From Eubacteriales bacterium (GTDB lineage: Bacteria; Bacillota; Clostridia; Oscillospirales; CAG-382): DNA of 64,000 nucleotides. Positions 7,262-18,517 of the stretch are shown here, in pieces. The number at the start of each line of letters is the position of its first letter. The first letter of the stretch is position 1. The position numbers and the translations under genes are program-made. The notes under the pieces were generated by a model that saw only the letters and a list, made by a program, of their open reading frames with translations, made no database searches and had not been told where the DNA came from. Location of the stretch: contig JAZRVE010000062.1 of the NCBI GenBank assembly GCA_045598975.1, positions 18,815 through 82,814 of the forward strand, in the 5' to 3' direction.

Positions 7262-10033
7262 ATGAAAAGATGGCTTTCGGTGTGCCTTGCTTTGCTGTTT
7301 GTTCTTGCGCCCGCCGTTCCCGCGGCGGAGACAGAAGCGATTGCGGAAGCAACGGCGGCAGAAAATGCCGTGCGAACGGGATACAGTGTGACGTATCCGC
7401 TTTCGGACGGACTCACCTTGACACGGAATATCTGTGAATCGCCGTCGGACGGCCCCGAACGTACCTATCTTTTGGAATATACGCCCGGTGCCGGAACGCA
7501 ATTGTCTTTTGTGACGGGCGAAAAACTCAGGAAGCCCGCGACGATCGCCTCTCTTGCGGCGGTGAATTTTCCCGACAGACGCTTTGTCGCCGGCATCAAC
7601 GCCGATTTCTTCAATATGTCCACCGGTGTGCCGGAATCGGCGCTTGTCATTGACGGAAGGCTCTATACGAGCGACCGCGGCGGATATTGCCTTGTCAAAA
7701 AGGCGGACGGTACATACGAATTTGCAAAGCCGCAGATAAGCCTTGTCCTGACCGATGAAAAGGAAACGGCGTATACCGTTCTTTCGCTCAATAAAGAATT
7801 CACGCAGTACGGACTGTACCTGTATGACTCGAATTTTGCCGTTTATACCAACGTTTTCACCTCTAACACCACCGCCGTGCTCCGTGCTTACGAGGACGTG
7901 CTTTCGTGGGAGGAGATGTGTGCGCGTTTTCCGGAGACCGTGCAGAGCGTGACGGAAGAATTTGACGCCGAAATGCAGGCACAGCCGCAGACCGAGCCGC
8001 CGACCGAAACGGCTGAGGATGCGCCGGAAGAAGTGCCGGAGATCACCGAAGAAGAGCGCGAGCGCATACGGGAAGAAACGGAACGGAACGTGCAGGCGGA
8101 ACGCGAAAAACGCGTTGCGGCGGCGCTGGAAAAGCAATCGGGCTATACCCGGATCGGGGAAGATTTTTATCTTCTTGCCGAGGTCTGCCCGAGGATCGGT
8201 CAGCCGGAAAAGCTTGTGGTATGCCACGTCAACGCCGACGCCGGAAGCGCCGCGATCCGTGATGGTGCTTATATGCTCTGCGCCGATAATTCCTCTTACG
8301 GATACCTTATCATGGCCATGTACCCGGGTGAGCGTCTGACGCTCGATATCCGTGCGGATGAAGCCTTTGCCGACGTTACCGACGCCGTCGGAACGGGAGC
8401 CGTCATCGTGCACGAGGCAAAGGCGCTCGATGACCGGAACCTTTCGCATTATACCACGCTCCAACCGCGCTCTGCGGTCGGCATCAAGGAAGACGGCACG
8501 CTCGTTTTCTGCGCCGTCGACGGCAGACGGAAGGGTGTCAGTGTGGGCATGAAGATTTTGACGCTCGGTGAATATCTGGTTTCGCTCGGCTGTGTGGAGG
8601 CGGCGAACTTTGACGGCGGCGGCTCGACGGCGGTGCGGGCATTTCTGCCGGCGGGAGATAAGAATACCCTTGTCAATAAGCCGTCCGAGGGGAGTGAACG
8701 CGCCGTTTCGACGGCGGTCGTCTTTACGGATACGCGCAAAAGGAGCGAAACGCCTGCCGCCGCTGACGCCTACTTTTTCGGCGACGCCTACGTGACCTAC
8801 AACGACTGTCCCATAGAGCTCGGTGCATACGCACTGTCCGATGAGAACGGTTTTTCCGTCGCGGAGAATGAGCAGGAGCCCGTGAACGTCTCGCTGTATG
8901 CGGAAGACGGTATCGTGGCGGATAACGTGTACTATCCGCTCGGCGCCGTCGGGTTTATCCCGGTGTACGCGCTTGTCGGGAATGAAAAAGAGGGCAACAC
9001 GGCAACGACGGTCGTTTCTCTTGCCGAGCCGGACAGCATTAACATCACCGTGGGGCAGAACACCATAAAACCGTTTGAATCAACGAGCGTTTCCGTCGGC
9101 TCTCTCTTTTGCGGTCTGCCGGTAGGGGATCTGCCGACGAGCTACCTTTGGCGTATTGCGCCCACCAAAGATGAAGATGATGAAAACAATGAAAACGTGA
9201 CGGAAGAAGACGGACAGACGACCGTTACCCGCGGTGAAACGGGGGACGTCGTCATCGAAAGCGAATACGGCGTTATCCGTGACGGCATTTTTGTGCCGAA
9301 AATTGACGGCGTGACGCTGTCCGTATCGGCGTCACGCGGCGAAAAGAAAGCGGAAGCTCGGATATTTGTCAAGCCGTATCCGTTTGCCGACATGAAAGGG
9401 CATTGGGCGGAAAAAGAGATATTTTCGCTTGCCGAAGCGGGCGTCGTCAACGGGGAACTCGACGAAAACGGGGTGGCGTTCTATCTGCCCGAGCGCACCT
9501 ATTCGCGCCATGAATTTTTCACCATGCTGTGGCGGCTGACGGACATCGGGGACGAGACGGATTTTGCATGGCAGACGGAAGAGATCATACCAGAGCCGAC
9601 GGAAGACGGTGAAGAGACTGTTCCGGAGGAGGAAACGGAGCCGGTACGGCGTTTCACCGATCTTGCGGATGCCGATGAAGTGCCGGATTGGGCATTTGAA
9701 GCGGCGGTGCATCTGTATCAGAACGGGCTTCTCGATGCGGTACTGCATACGGACGGGGAGGGCGCCGTGATACTCGACGGGGATGCGCCCGTCACGCGCG
9801 CCGAGGTCATCGACGTCATGGGGCGTGTCTGCCGCGCGGCACCGGCGGACTACGTAAGCGAGCCGTATGCCGATCTTACGCCGGAACAGGCGGACGATCC
9901 GTTTATTAAAAATGCGCTGTATGCCGGTATTTTCTCCGGGTACGAGGATAAAACACTGCGGCTCGACCGCTTTCTGTCCCGTGCCGAAGCGGCGGCTGTG
10001 TTCGCGAGGCTGTCGGGGGTATTTAAAAAATAA
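7262..10033 (+). CDS. Secreted phosphodiester glycosidase (DUF2233/NAGPA-like) with three C-terminal SLH domains
   Basis: Signal peptide 'MKRWLSVCLALLFVLAPAVPAAE'. 'ANFDGGGSTA' is the phosphodiester-glycosidase hallmark. The C-terminal SLH repeats are 'FADMKGHWAEKEIFSLAEAGVVNG', 'FTDLADADEVPDWAFEAAVHLYQNGLL' and 'YADLTPEQADDPFIKNALYAGIFSGY'. Confidence 0.8.
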   Translation: MKRWLSVCLALLFVLAPAVPAAETEAIAEATAAENAVRTGYSVTYPLSDGLTLTRNICESPSDGPERTYLLEYTPGAGTQLSFVTGEKLRKPATIASLAAVNFPDRRFVAGINADFFNMSTGVPESALVIDGRLYTSDRGGYCLVKKADGTYEFAKPQISLVLTDEKETAYTVLSLNKEFTQYGLYLYDSNFAVYTNVFTSNTTAVLRAYEDVLSWEEMCARFPETVQSVTEEFDAEMQAQPQTEPPTETAEDAPEEVPEITEEERERIREETERNVQAEREKRVAAALEKQSGYTRIGEDFYLLAEVCPRIGQPEKLVVCHVNADAGSAAIRDGAYMLCADNSSYGYLIMAMYPGERLTLDIRADEAFADVTDAVGTGAVIVHEAKALDDRNLSHYTTLQPRSAVGIKEDGTLVFCAVDGRRKGVSVGMKILTLGEYLVSLGCVEAANFDGGGSTAVRAFLPAGDKNTLVNKPSEGSERAVSTAVVFTDTRKRSETPAAADAYFFGDAYVTYNDCPIELGAYALSDENGFSVAENEQEPVNVSLYAEDGIVADNVYYPLGAVGFIPVYALVGNEKEGNTATTVVSLAEPDSINITVGQNTIKPFESTSVSVGSLFCGLPVGDLPTSYLWRIAPTKDEDDENNENVTEEDGQTTVTRGETGDVVIESEYGVIRDGIFVPKIDGVTLSVSASRGEKKAEARIFVKPYPFADMKGHWAEKEIFSLAEAGVVNGELDENGVAFYLPERTYSRHEFFTMLWRLTDIGDETDFAWQTEEIIPEPTEDGEETVPEEETEPVRRFTDLADADEVPDWAFEAAVHLYQNGLLDAVLHTDGEGAVILDGDAPVTRAEVIDVMGRVCRAAPADYVSEPYADLTPEQADDPFIKNALYAGIFSGYEDKTLRLDRFLSRAEAAAVFARLSGVFKK

Positions 10034-10157
10034 CAGCGGCATTTGTAAAATTTTATCGTTCGGAAAAAAGTTGCGGCTAAACTCTTGCCAAAACGCGGGT
10101 TTTGTGCTACAATAAACCATCCCTGTACCACATTTTACGGAAAAGGATATTCTGAAT

Positions 10158-11975
10158 ATGTCTGACAGCCCCAAGGATCTCTCACTCATCCGCAATTTCT
10201 GTATCATTGCGCACATCGACCACGGAAAATCGACGCTTGCCGACCGGATATTGGAAAAAACCAACACGGTGGCGCTTCGCGAATCCAAGGATCAGATGCT
10301 CGACGATATGGAGCTCGAACGGGAGCGCGGGATCACCATCAAGGCGCGAGCCGTCAAAATGAATTTTACGCATGAAGGCGTGACGTATGATTTCAATCTC
10401 ATCGACACGCCCGGTCACGTTGACTTTAATTACGAGGTGTCCCGCTCACTCAAAGCCTGTGAGGGGGCGCTTCTTGTCGTGGACGCCACGCAGGGCATCG
10501 AGGCGCAGACGCTTGCCAACGCCTATCTTGCCGTAGATAACGATCTGGAGATCTTGCCCGTCATCAATAAGATCGACCTGCCTTCCGCCGACATCGAGGG
10601 TACCCGCAAGGAGATCGAGGATGTCATCGGTATTCCCGCCGAGGACGCGCCTGCGGTTTCCGCCAAGGCGGGAACCAATATCGAGGAACTGCTCGTGCAG
10701 ATCGTCAAGCAGATTCCGCCGCCGAAGGGCGATGCGGCGTCGCCGCTCAAAGCGCTTATCTTCGATTCCTATTACGATTCTTACCGCGGTGTCGTCGTGT
10801 ATATCCGCGTCTATGACGGCAGGATCAAGGCGGGCGACAGGGTACGCATGATGTCGACCGGCGTCGATTATGAGGTGACGGAGGTCGGTTTTCTCGATCC
10901 GTTCGGACTGCATGCCTGCGGAAGCCTTGACGCGGGCGAGGTCGGCTATTTTACCGCCGCCATCAAAACGGTTGGCGACACGCGGGTAGGTGATACCGTA
11001 ACGGGTGCGGAAAATCCGGTAGAAGCACCGCTTCCCGGCTTCAAGAGAGCGCTCCCCGTCGTGTTCAGCGGCATTTATCCCGCGGACGGCGCCCGCTACG
11101 GCGACCTGCGGGACGCTTTGGAAAAGTTGGCGCTCAACGACGCGGCACTCACCTATGAGCCGGAAACGTCCGTTGCGCTCGGCTTCGGGTTCCGATGCGG
11201 CTTTTTGGGACTCCTCCATATGGAAATTCTCGAAGAACGCCTGGAACGCGAGTTCAATCTCGATCTTATCACCACGGCGCCGAGCGTTATTTATAAAATC
11301 CGGATGCGCTCGGGAGAAGAGTATTATATCGACAACCCGACCAAATTCCCGGTCGGCGACGACGTGGAGACTGTCAGCGAGCCGGTCGTGAAGGCAAACA
11401 TCCTCTGCCCGACGGAATTTGTCGGCGGCATCATGGAGCTGTGCCAGGATCGGCGCGGCGTGTATAAGGATATGACGTATCTTGACGCCGGACGGGCGGA
11501 GCTTCACTATATCCTGCCGCTCAACGAGATCGTGTATGACTTTTTCGATGCCCTCAAATCCAAGAGTAAGGGCTATGCCTCCCTCGACTACGATTTAGAC
11601 GGATATCAGCCGTCGAAGCTTGTCAAGCTGGACATTCTTCTCAACGGAGAAATGGTAGATGCGCTTTCGTTCATCGTCCACACCGACAAGGCGTACGGAC
11701 GGGCACGCAAGATCGTGGAAAAATTAAAGGACAATATCCCGCGACAGTTGTTTGAAATACCCATTCAGGCGGCGATCGGCGGCAAGATCATCGCACGCGA
11801 GACGGTCAAAGCGCTCCGAAAGGACGTGCTTGCCAAGTGCTACGGCGGCGATATCACCCGTAAGAAGAAACTGCTTGAAAAGCAGAAGGAAGGCAAAAAG
11901 CGTATGCGCTCGCTCGGCAGTGTCGAAGTGCCGCAGGAGGCGTTTATGGCTGTGCTCAAATTTGACGAAGAATAG
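10158..11975 (+). CDS. lepA: Translation elongation factor 4 (LepA/EF4)
   Basis: '[20 protein letters not shown]', 'DTPGHVDF' and 'NKIDL' are GTPase motifs. The LepA-specific C-terminus reads '[23 protein letters not shown]'. Confidence 0.97.
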   Translation: MSDSPKDLSLIRNFCIIAHIDHGKSTLADRILEKTNTVALRESKDQMLDDMELERERGITIKARAVKMNFTHEGVTYDFNLIDTPGHVDFNYEVSRSLKACEGALLVVDATQGIEAQTLANAYLAVDNDLEILPVINKIDLPSADIEGTRKEIEDVIGIPAEDAPAVSAKAGTNIEELLVQIVKQIPPPKGDAASPLKALIFDSYYDSYRGVVVYIRVYDGRIKAGDRVRMMSTGVDYEVTEVGFLDPFGLHACGSLDAGEVGYFTAAIKTVGDTRVGDTVTGAENPVEAPLPGFKRALPVVFSGIYPADGARYGDLRDALEKLALNDAALTYEPETSVALGFGFRCGFLGLLHMEILEERLEREFNLDLITTAPSVIYKIRMRSGEEYYIDNPTKFPVGDDVETVSEPVVKANILCPTEFVGGIMELCQDRRGVYKDMTYLDAGRAELHYILPLNEIVYDFFDALKSKSKGYASLDYDLDGYQPSKLVKLDILLNGEMVDALSFIVHTDKAYGRARKIVEKLKDNIPRQLFEIPIQAAIGGKIIARETVKALRKDVLAKCYGGDITRKKKLLEKQKEGKKRMRSLGSVEVPQEAFMAVLKFDEE

Positions 11976-11989
11976 GAAATGGATTCTGT

Positions 11990-13162
11990 ATGAAGACGTT
12001 GGGGTTATATCTGCATATTCCGTTTTGTATGCAGAAGTGCCGCTATTGTGATTTTTATTCCCTTGCCGGGTGCTCGGCTGCCGACAAGGATGCCTACGTG
12101 CAGACGCTTTGCGCGCATATGCGGGAGTATAAATTGCAGGCGAAGAACTATACCGTGATGTCTGTATATCTCGGCGGCGGTACGCCGTCCTTGCTCTCGG
12201 CGGACGAACTGAAAATGCTGATGCGTCATGTTCGCGCATCGTTTCGTCTGCATCCCGATGCCGAGATCACCATGGAGGCGAATCCCGGCACGGTGGACGA
12301 GCAGAAATTGAAAGCCTTTCGTCGGTGCGGCGTCAATCGTATCAGCATCGGCGTGCAGTCCTTTCATGACGAAGACCTTTCGATCAGCGGGAGGATACAT
12401 ACGGCAAAAGAGGGATACGAGGCGATCATCGCCGCCAGAAAAGCCGGCTTTGACAATATCAGTATCGACCTCATGTTCGGGCTTCCCGGGCAGTCGCTCC
12501 AGACCGTGACGGACAACGTCAACACGGCGGCGTCGCTGGAAGTGGATCACGTTTCGCTGTACGGGCTGAAAATCGAAGAGGGGACGCCTTTCTGGTTTGA
12601 CAGAGCGTCGCTGGCTTTTCCCGACGAAGAGACCGAGCGCACCATGTATTATACCGCCTGCGGACTGCTCGAAACATATGGCTATAAGCAGTATGAGATT
12701 TCCAATTTTGCGAAAACCGGTAAAAAATGCCGCCATAATCTCCGGTATTGGAATACCGAGGAATATCTCGGCTTCGGACCGGCGGCGCACTCCTATTTCG
12801 GCGGCAAGCGGTTTTCCTTCAAACGGAACCTGCCGTTGTACCTCGATTCGTTCGATCCGGAAAAAACGGTATCGGAGCCTCTCATCGACGAATATATCGA
12901 CATTCCGTATCCGTCTCGCGTGGCGGAATACGTCATGCTGCGGATGCGCCTCAACGCGGGCGTTGACTGCGAGGCGTTCTATAAGCGCTTCGGACGTCGG
13001 TTCGACGAGATTTATGCCGAACGGCTGAAACCGTTCATAAAAAGCGGGCACGTCGTCAGAACGGCGAAAGGGTACGCCTTTTCACCGGAGGGACGGTACG
13101 TCTCCAATTATATCTTGGCGCGCGTGGTGGATTTTGATTTGGTCGTACCGGGTGCGCAGTAA
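11990..13162 (+). CDS. hemW: Radical SAM heme chaperone HemW (HemN-like, oxygen-independent coproporphyrinogen oxidase family)
   Basis: 'LYLHIPFCMQKCRYCDF' contains the CxxxCxxC radical-SAM cluster motif. The position directly after lepA is the conserved Firmicute arrangement. Confidence 0.9.
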   Translation: MKTLGLYLHIPFCMQKCRYCDFYSLAGCSAADKDAYVQTLCAHMREYKLQAKNYTVMSVYLGGGTPSLLSADELKMLMRHVRASFRLHPDAEITMEANPGTVDEQKLKAFRRCGVNRISIGVQSFHDEDLSISGRIHTAKEGYEAIIAARKAGFDNISIDLMFGLPGQSLQTVTDNVNTAASLEVDHVSLYGLKIEEGTPFWFDRASLAFPDEETERTMYYTACGLLETYGYKQYEISNFAKTGKKCRHNLRYWNTEEYLGFGPAAHSYFGGKRFSFKRNLPLYLDSFDPEKTVSEPLIDEYIDIPYPSRVAEYVMLRMRLNAGVDCEAFYKRFGRRFDEIYAERLKPFIKSGHVVRTAKGYAFSPEGRYVSNYILARVVDFDLVVPGAQ

Positions 13163-13173
13163 GGAGAATGCTT

Positions 13174-13842
13174 ATGAAAAAAACGGCTCTGCTTGCCGCG
13201 GTCCTTGTTGTCATGACCTTTGTCTTCGGCGGCTGTAATGCCAAAAAAGAACAGCCGGAGAATGACGGGCATGAGATGCCGGAGGAAACGTCGGCACAGC
13301 AGTCTTTGGAGCAGGCGATGCGGCAGGATAACGTATCGTGTGTCGTCAATCTTGCCTGTCCTTCCTCGTTTGCCGGCTCCGGAACGGTCGGAGCATGGAA
13401 AAAACTGTTTGATACCACGGCACTGCCGAGCGCTTACGATTGCCTGACGTATATGAGCGAAGAAGAGATCGTTTCCGATCTTCTTGACGGCAAGGTGGAT
13501 TTTGCTCTGCTCTCTCCCGATGCGGCGGCGGGATTATACCGCCGGAACGGCGATTTTTCGGCGCTTGCGGGAATGCTTGAATATGCGGATGAGGAAACGG
13601 CGGCGGAAATACTGCCGACGGTTTCCGGGCAGATGCATGAGGTCGTAACGGCGGCGGTTCTCGTTGCCGATCGAGCTGTTGCCGAAAGTAAGCCGGATGC
13701 ATACGCTTACGTGCTTGCCACCGCAAAAAGTACGGACGGCTTTCTGACGGGAGAAGCGTTCCGCTCGGCGTTTGAACTGTATTATGTCGGTTTGTATGCA
13801 TCACAGCCAGGTCTTGTGCCGTCGGGATCGTTTTATGATTGA
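13174..13842 (+). CDS. Lipoprotein of unknown function (possibly a solute-binding-like fold)
   Basis: Lipobox 'MTFVFGG|C' follows a hydrophobic signal sequence. The ATG at 13174 has better spacing to 'aaggag' (13161-13166) than the ORF-track start at 13168. Confidence 0.6.
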   Translation: MKKTALLAAVLVVMTFVFGGCNAKKEQPENDGHEMPEETSAQQSLEQAMRQDNVSCVVNLACPSSFAGSGTVGAWKKLFDTTALPSAYDCLTYMSEEEIVSDLLDGKVDFALLSPDAAAGLYRRNGDFSALAGMLEYADEETAAEILPTVSGQMHEVVTAAVLVADRAVAESKPDAYAYVLATAKSTDGFLTGEAFRSAFELYYVGLYASQPGLVPSGSFYD

Positions 13843-13881
13843 CAATTATAATTTTATATAAGAAAGTGCAGGAAAACAATC

Positions 13882-15558
13882 ATGGCTTATCTGACAGACA
13901 TTGAAATCGCACAGAACTGCAAAATGAAGCCCATCACGGAGATCGCCGCCAAAGCACACGTTGACGAGAAGTACCTCGAACAGTACGGACGCTATAAAGC
14001 AAAGGTCGATATGTCTCTTTTGAATGAGACCGACCGCAAGAACGGAAAACTCATCCTTGTTACGGCAATCACGCCGACTCCGGCGGGAGAGGGCAAGACC
14101 ACAACGACCATCGGACTTGCCGACGGACTTGCCCGCATCGGCAAAGACGTCACCGTCGCCCTTCGTGAGCCGTCGCTCGGACCGGTGTTCGGTGTCAAGG
14201 GCGGTGCCGCCGGCGGCGGTTACGCACAGGTCGTCCCGATGGAGGATATCAATCTGCATTTTACCGGTGACTTTCATGCCATCGGTGCCGCCAATAACCT
14301 GCTTGCGGCAATGCTCGACAACCATATCCAGCAGGGCAACGCGCTCGGTATCGACGTGCGTAAGATCACGTGGAAGCGCTGCGTGGATATGAACGACAGA
14401 CAGCTTCGTTTCCTCGTGGACGGTATGGGCGGCAAGGCTAACGGCGTTCCGCGTGAGGACGGCTTCGATATCACGGTGGCTTCCGAGATCATGGCTGTCT
14501 TCTGCCTGGCAAGCTCCATCACCGACTTGAAAGAACGCCTTGCCCGGATCATCGTCGGCTATACCTATGACGACAAGCCCGTCACCGCCGGAGATTTGAA
14601 AGCGGTCGGTGCCATGACCGCCTTGTTAAAGGATGCGCTGAAACCGAATTTGGTACAGACTCTGGAAGGCACCCCCGCCTTTGTACATGGCGGACCGTTT
14701 GCCAATATCGCACACGGGTGCAACTCGGTCATGGCGACGAAGCTGGCGCTCAAAATGGGTGACTACACCGTCACGGAGGCAGGCTTCGGTGCCGACCTCG
14801 GCGCCGAGAAATTCCTCGACATCAAATGCCGCATGGCAGGGCTCACGCCGAGCGCCGTGGTGGTCGTCGCAACGGTGCGCGCACTCAAAATGCACGGCGG
14901 ACTCGATAAGAAATCGCTCGGAACGGAAGATATCGCGGCGCTCGAAAAGGGCATCCCGAACCTCCTCCGTCACCTTTCCAACATCAAGAACGTCTATCAG
15001 CTTCCCTGCGTGGTAGCGGTCAACCGCTTCCCGACGGATACCGATAAGGAGATCGACTTCATCATCGCCAAGTGCCGCGAGCTCGGTGTCAACACCGTTC
15101 TCTCGACGGTCTGGGCGGACGGCGGCAAGGGCGGCGAAGACCTTGCCCGTGAGGTGGTGCGGCTGTGCGAAGAGGAAAAGGGCAACTTTACCTACTCCTA
15201 TGCGCTTGATATGAGCATTGAAGATAAGATCAAAGCTGTTGTCAAAAGAATTTACGGCGGTGACGGCATCACCATCATGCCGAACGCCAAGAAGCAGATC
15301 GAACGGCTGACCGAGCTCGGCTTTGACAAAGTTCCTGTCTGCATCGCCAAGACGCAATACAGCTTTTCCGACGATCCCGCGAAACTCGGCGCACCCGAGC
15401 ATTTCACCGTCACCGTCAAGAACGTCAAGATATCTGCCGGTGCCGGCTTCATCGTCGTGCTGACGGGCGATATCCTCACCATGCCCGGACTTCCCAAGTC
15501 CCCGGCGGCAGAACGGATCGACGTCGATGAAAACGGAAAGATTTCCGGTTTGTTCTGA
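13882..15558 (+). CDS. fhs: Formate-tetrahydrofolate ligase
   Basis: '[17 protein letters not shown]' P-loop, full length (558 aa) and overall FTHFS sequence. Confidence 0.96.
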   Translation: MAYLTDIEIAQNCKMKPITEIAAKAHVDEKYLEQYGRYKAKVDMSLLNETDRKNGKLILVTAITPTPAGEGKTTTTIGLADGLARIGKDVTVALREPSLGPVFGVKGGAAGGGYAQVVPMEDINLHFTGDFHAIGAANNLLAAMLDNHIQQGNALGIDVRKITWKRCVDMNDRQLRFLVDGMGGKANGVPREDGFDITVASEIMAVFCLASSITDLKERLARIIVGYTYDDKPVTAGDLKAVGAMTALLKDALKPNLVQTLEGTPAFVHGGPFANIAHGCNSVMATKLALKMGDYTVTEAGFGADLGAEKFLDIKCRMAGLTPSAVVVVATVRALKMHGGLDKKSLGTEDIAALEKGIPNLLRHLSNIKNVYQLPCVVAVNRFPTDTDKEIDFIIAKCRELGVNTVLSTVWADGGKGGEDLAREVVRLCEEEKGNFTYSYALDMSIEDKIKAVVKRIYGGDGITIMPNAKKQIERLTELGFDKVPVCIAKTQYSFSDDPAKLGAPEHFTVTVKNVKISAGAGFIVVLTGDILTMPGLPKSPAAERIDVDENGKISGLF

Positions 15559-15571
15559 TAATAAACAAAAC

Positions 15572-15606
15572 AAAAAAGTGTGATGAGAGATCATCACACT
15601 TTTTGT
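15572..15606. terminator. Bidirectional rho-independent terminator between the convergent fhs and AraC genes
   Basis: Stem 'gtgtgatga' (15578-15586), loop 'gaga', stem 'tcatcacac' (15591-15599). It is flanked by an A-run upstream and 'tttttg' downstream. Confidence 0.8.
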
Positions 15607-16445
15607 TATCGGGATATGATAAGCGGCGTATGCCGCGAGGGGGATTTGCCGGTCTGTTTTTTGTAGGCGCGGTAGAAAGAGGAATAATCGTGGAATCCGA
15701 CGCGAAAGGCGGCTTCTGCGGCGGGGACACCGGCGGAAAGAAGCTGCTTGGCAGTCGTGATGCGCTTGGTCGTGAGGTAGGTATACAGCGAAATGCCGGT
15801 ATGCTTGCGGAAGGTGTGCGAGAGATAGTATTTGCTGACGAAAAAGTGTTTTGCCGTGCTTTCCAGCGTGATGTCCTCGCCAAGGTGCTCGTTGAGATAA
15901 CCGAGAACGTCCCGCGTGAGGGCGTCTTCGGAAATGGCGGTGTAGGAGGGCTTGACAAGTGACAGATAGACAAGGATCTGCCCGATGACGGAGCGGATCA
16001 TGGGAAGAATGAGCGGATCGGACGCGGGACGGTCGGAAAAGAGCGGCTTGTAGGCAAGCGTTTCAAACTGCTTCACGAGCGGCTCCGAAACGGCTTCCGG
16101 CGGGAAATAGAGCGCCTTTTCGAGCGCCTTCGTTTTGTGCAGGATGGGAAACTCGTCGGAGGTGCCGGAAAGAAACGATTCGGAAAAGCCGATGACGTAG
16201 CGCTCATACGGCGTGTCCTCGTCGGCACGCACATAGTGGTATTCCGTCGGGCGGAACAGAAAGACGGAATGCGGGCAGAGCGGGTATTCGGCGCCTTCGA
16301 CGATGTATTTTCCGTATCCCTGCGCCACGTAAAGCAATTCATAATGGTTGTGGCAATGGCTCGCATAGGCGGCTTTGTCGGGGGATTCGGTCAGACGGTG
16401 GGAAAACGTCACCTGTTCGTAGGCACGTTCAAAGGCAATGTCCAT
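15606..16445 (-). CDS. AraC-family transcriptional regulator (cupin sensor plus HTH)
   Basis: C-terminal 'ESTAKHFFVSKYYLSHTFRKHTGISLYTYLTTKRITTAKQLL...VGFHDYSSFYRAYKK' is an AraC HTH pair. The start was set at the ATG at 16445, preceded by 'aaggag'. It is divergent from uxuA. Confidence 0.85.
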   Translation of the reverse strand: MDIAFERAYEQVTFSHRLTESPDKAAYASHCHNHYELLYVAQGYGKYIVEGAEYPLCPHSVFLFRPTEYHYVRADEDTPYERYVIGFSESFLSGTSDEFPILHKTKALEKALYFPPEAVSEPLVKQFETLAYKPLFSDRPASDPLILPMIRSVIGQILVYLSLVKPSYTAISEDALTRDVLGYLNEHLGEDITLESTAKHFFVSKYYLSHTFRKHTGISLYTYLTTKRITTAKQLLSAGVPAAEAAFRVGFHDYSSFYRAYKKQTGKSPSRHTPLIISR

Positions 16446-16604
16446 GTCATCACTCCTTGTTCTCTTTCCATCATAACACACATGAGCAATTTTTGCAATA
16501 TAATTTGCAATATTTGCAATTGCTTATCGGCGAAAATTCTTTATAATGGAGATGAAAAGAATAATACAGAATCAGAATCGTTTTGCAGAAAGAGTGGATC
16601 AATC

Positions 16605-17639
16605 ATGAAAATGACATTTCGTTGGTATGGCGAAAACGACAGCATCTCACTTTCCCATATCCGTCAGATTCCCGGTATGACGGGCGTCGTCACGGCGGTC
16701 TACGACGTGCCGGTCGGTGAGGTATGGGATCTCGACCGCATCCTGCATCTCAAAGCCCTGTGCGAAAAGGAGAACCTCGAAATGGAAGTCATCGAGAGCG
16801 TTCCCGTACACGAGGACATCAAACGCGGACTTCCGACACGCGACCGTTATATTGCAAATTATGCAAAGACTATCCGCAATCTCGGAAAAGCTGGCGTCAA
16901 GTGCATCTGCTATAACTTCATGCCCGTCTTCGACTGGCTGCGCACCAATCTGCACACCGCGTCGGCAGACGGCTCCGATTCGCTTTCGTACAGCCATGAG
17001 GAACTGATGTCGCTCGATCCGCATGACCTGCACCTGCCCGGCTGGGACGAAAGCTATTCGCCGGAGGAACTGAATTCCTTGCTTGACGCCTACGCCGGCA
17101 TCACGCACGAGCAGTTGTTCGACAATCTTGTCTATTTCTTAAAAGGAATCATGCCCGCCTGCGACGAGACCGGCATCAACATGGCGATCCACCCGGACGA
17201 TCCGCCCTGGGATATGTTCGGACTGCCGCGTATCATTACCGGTCCCGAAAGCTACCGCAAGCTGTTTGACGCCGTCCCGGACGTGCATAACGGCATCACC
17301 CTCTGCACGGGTTCGCTCGGCGCCGGACGGGAAAACAACATGGTCGAAATGGCGCGTACGCTGGCAAAGCGTACCTACTTTGCGCATCTGCGTCAGATCC
17401 GCTTTGAAGGGGAGAAGGATTTCTGCGAGTGCGGACATCAGACGGCTCTCGGCAGTCTCGATATGTACGGCATCGTGAAAGCGCTCGTTGAAAACGGCTT
17501 CGACGGATACGTCCGTCCCGACCACGGGCGCAATATCTGGGGCGAGGACGGAAAACCGGGATACGGGCTGTATGACCGTGCACTCGGTGCTTGCTATCTG
17601 ACGGGTCTTTTCGAGGCAGTCGAAAAGGCGGGAAAATAA
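16605..17639 (+). CDS. uxuA: Mannonate dehydratase
   Basis: 'MKMTFRWYGENDSISLSHIRQIPGMTGVVTAVY' is the UxuA N-terminal signature. The 500-aa ORF in the track is an artefactual 5' extension running antisense through the AraC gene, so I trimmed it to the ATG at 16605. Confidence 0.9.
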   Translation: MKMTFRWYGENDSISLSHIRQIPGMTGVVTAVYDVPVGEVWDLDRILHLKALCEKENLEMEVIESVPVHEDIKRGLPTRDRYIANYAKTIRNLGKAGVKCICYNFMPVFDWLRTNLHTASADGSDSLSYSHEELMSLDPHDLHLPGWDESYSPEELNSLLDAYAGITHEQLFDNLVYFLKGIMPACDETGINMAIHPDDPPWDMFGLPRIITGPESYRKLFDAVPDVHNGITLCTGSLGAGRENNMVEMARTLAKRTYFAHLRQIRFEGEKDFCECGHQTALGSLDMYGIVKALVENGFDGYVRPDHGRNIWGEDGKPGYGLYDRALGACYLTGLFEAVEKAGK

Positions 17640-17666
17640 GAGAGAATACGAAAGGAAAGGTGCAAT

Positions 17667-18500
17667 ATGAAATTACCATTTTCTGTTGATCTGTCCGATA
17701 AAGTGGCGGTCATCACGGGTGCGGGCGGCGTGCTCATGAGCGAATTTGCCAAGGCATTCGGTGCGTGCGGCGCAAAGATCGCACTTCTTGACATCAACGA
17801 GCAGGCGGCAAAGACCGTGGCGGATGAAATCGGAGAAAACGCGATCGCCATCGGGACGAACTGCCTCGATAAGCAGAGCATCCTGAACGCAAGGAATATC
17901 ATTTCCGAAAAGTGGGGAGGCGTCAATTTTCTCATCAACGGCGCCGGCGGCAATAATCCCCGTGCGACCTGCGACAATGAGATCATGACGCCCGATTTGA
18001 AAGACGACGTCAAGTCCTTTTTCGATCTTGAAGAAAGCGGCTTGAAGTTTGTATTTGATCTCAATATCACGTCGGCGTTTCTCGTCACGCAGGTCTTTGC
18101 GGAGGACATGGTAAAGACAGGCGGCAATATCATCAATATTTCTTCGATGAATGCCTTCCGTCCGCTGACCAAGATTCCCGCGTACAGTGCCGCCAAGGCG
18201 GGCATTTCCAACTTTACCGAATGGCTCGCCGTGCATTTCGCGCCCTGCGGTATCCGCGTCAATGCCATAGCGCCCGGCTTTTTCGTCACCAATCAGAACA
18301 AAGCGCTTTTGTATGATGAAAACGGAAATCCGACGCCGCGTACCGGGAAAATACTTGCCGGCACGCCGCTCGGCCGCTTCGGCGAGGTCGACGACCTTAT
18401 CGGCACGCTGCTGTGGCTGTCGGATGATAAGGCAAGCGGCTTTGTCACCGGCGTCGTCGTCCCGGTGGACGGCGGCTTCAACGCTTACAGCGGAGTGTAA
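17667..18500 (+). CDS. SDR-family oxidoreductase, likely the mannonate/fructuronate reductase partner of UxuA
   Basis: 'VAVITGAGGVLMSEFA' is a Rossmann motif, 'YSAAKAG' is the YxxxK catalytic motif, and 'NGAGGN' is also present. The gene sits directly downstream of uxuA. Confidence 0.7.
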   Translation: MKLPFSVDLSDKVAVITGAGGVLMSEFAKAFGACGAKIALLDINEQAAKTVADEIGENAIAIGTNCLDKQSILNARNIISEKWGGVNFLINGAGGNNPRATCDNEIMTPDLKDDVKSFFDLEESGLKFVFDLNITSAFLVTQVFAEDMVKTGGNIINISSMNAFRPLTKIPAYSAAKAGISNFTEWLAVHFAPCGIRVNAIAPGFFVTNQNKALLYDENGNPTPRTGKILAGTPLGRFGEVDDLIGTLLWLSDDKASGFVTGVVVPVDGGFNAYSGV

Positions 18501-18517
18501 CGGAACATGATACTGAT

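Noticed and set aside
7193-8464. Long antisense ORFs opposite well-supported genes. Examples: 7193..8464(-), 10446..11507(-), 12005..13051(-), 14626..15597(-), 26283..27404(-), 55079..56128(+), 57424..58194(+), 60000..61073(-).
   Set aside because: Each lies entirely within a gene that has strong family motifs on the other strand. Their translations are R/G/P/H-rich or low-complexity with no recognisable motifs. This is typical of shadow ORFs in GC-rich coding DNA.
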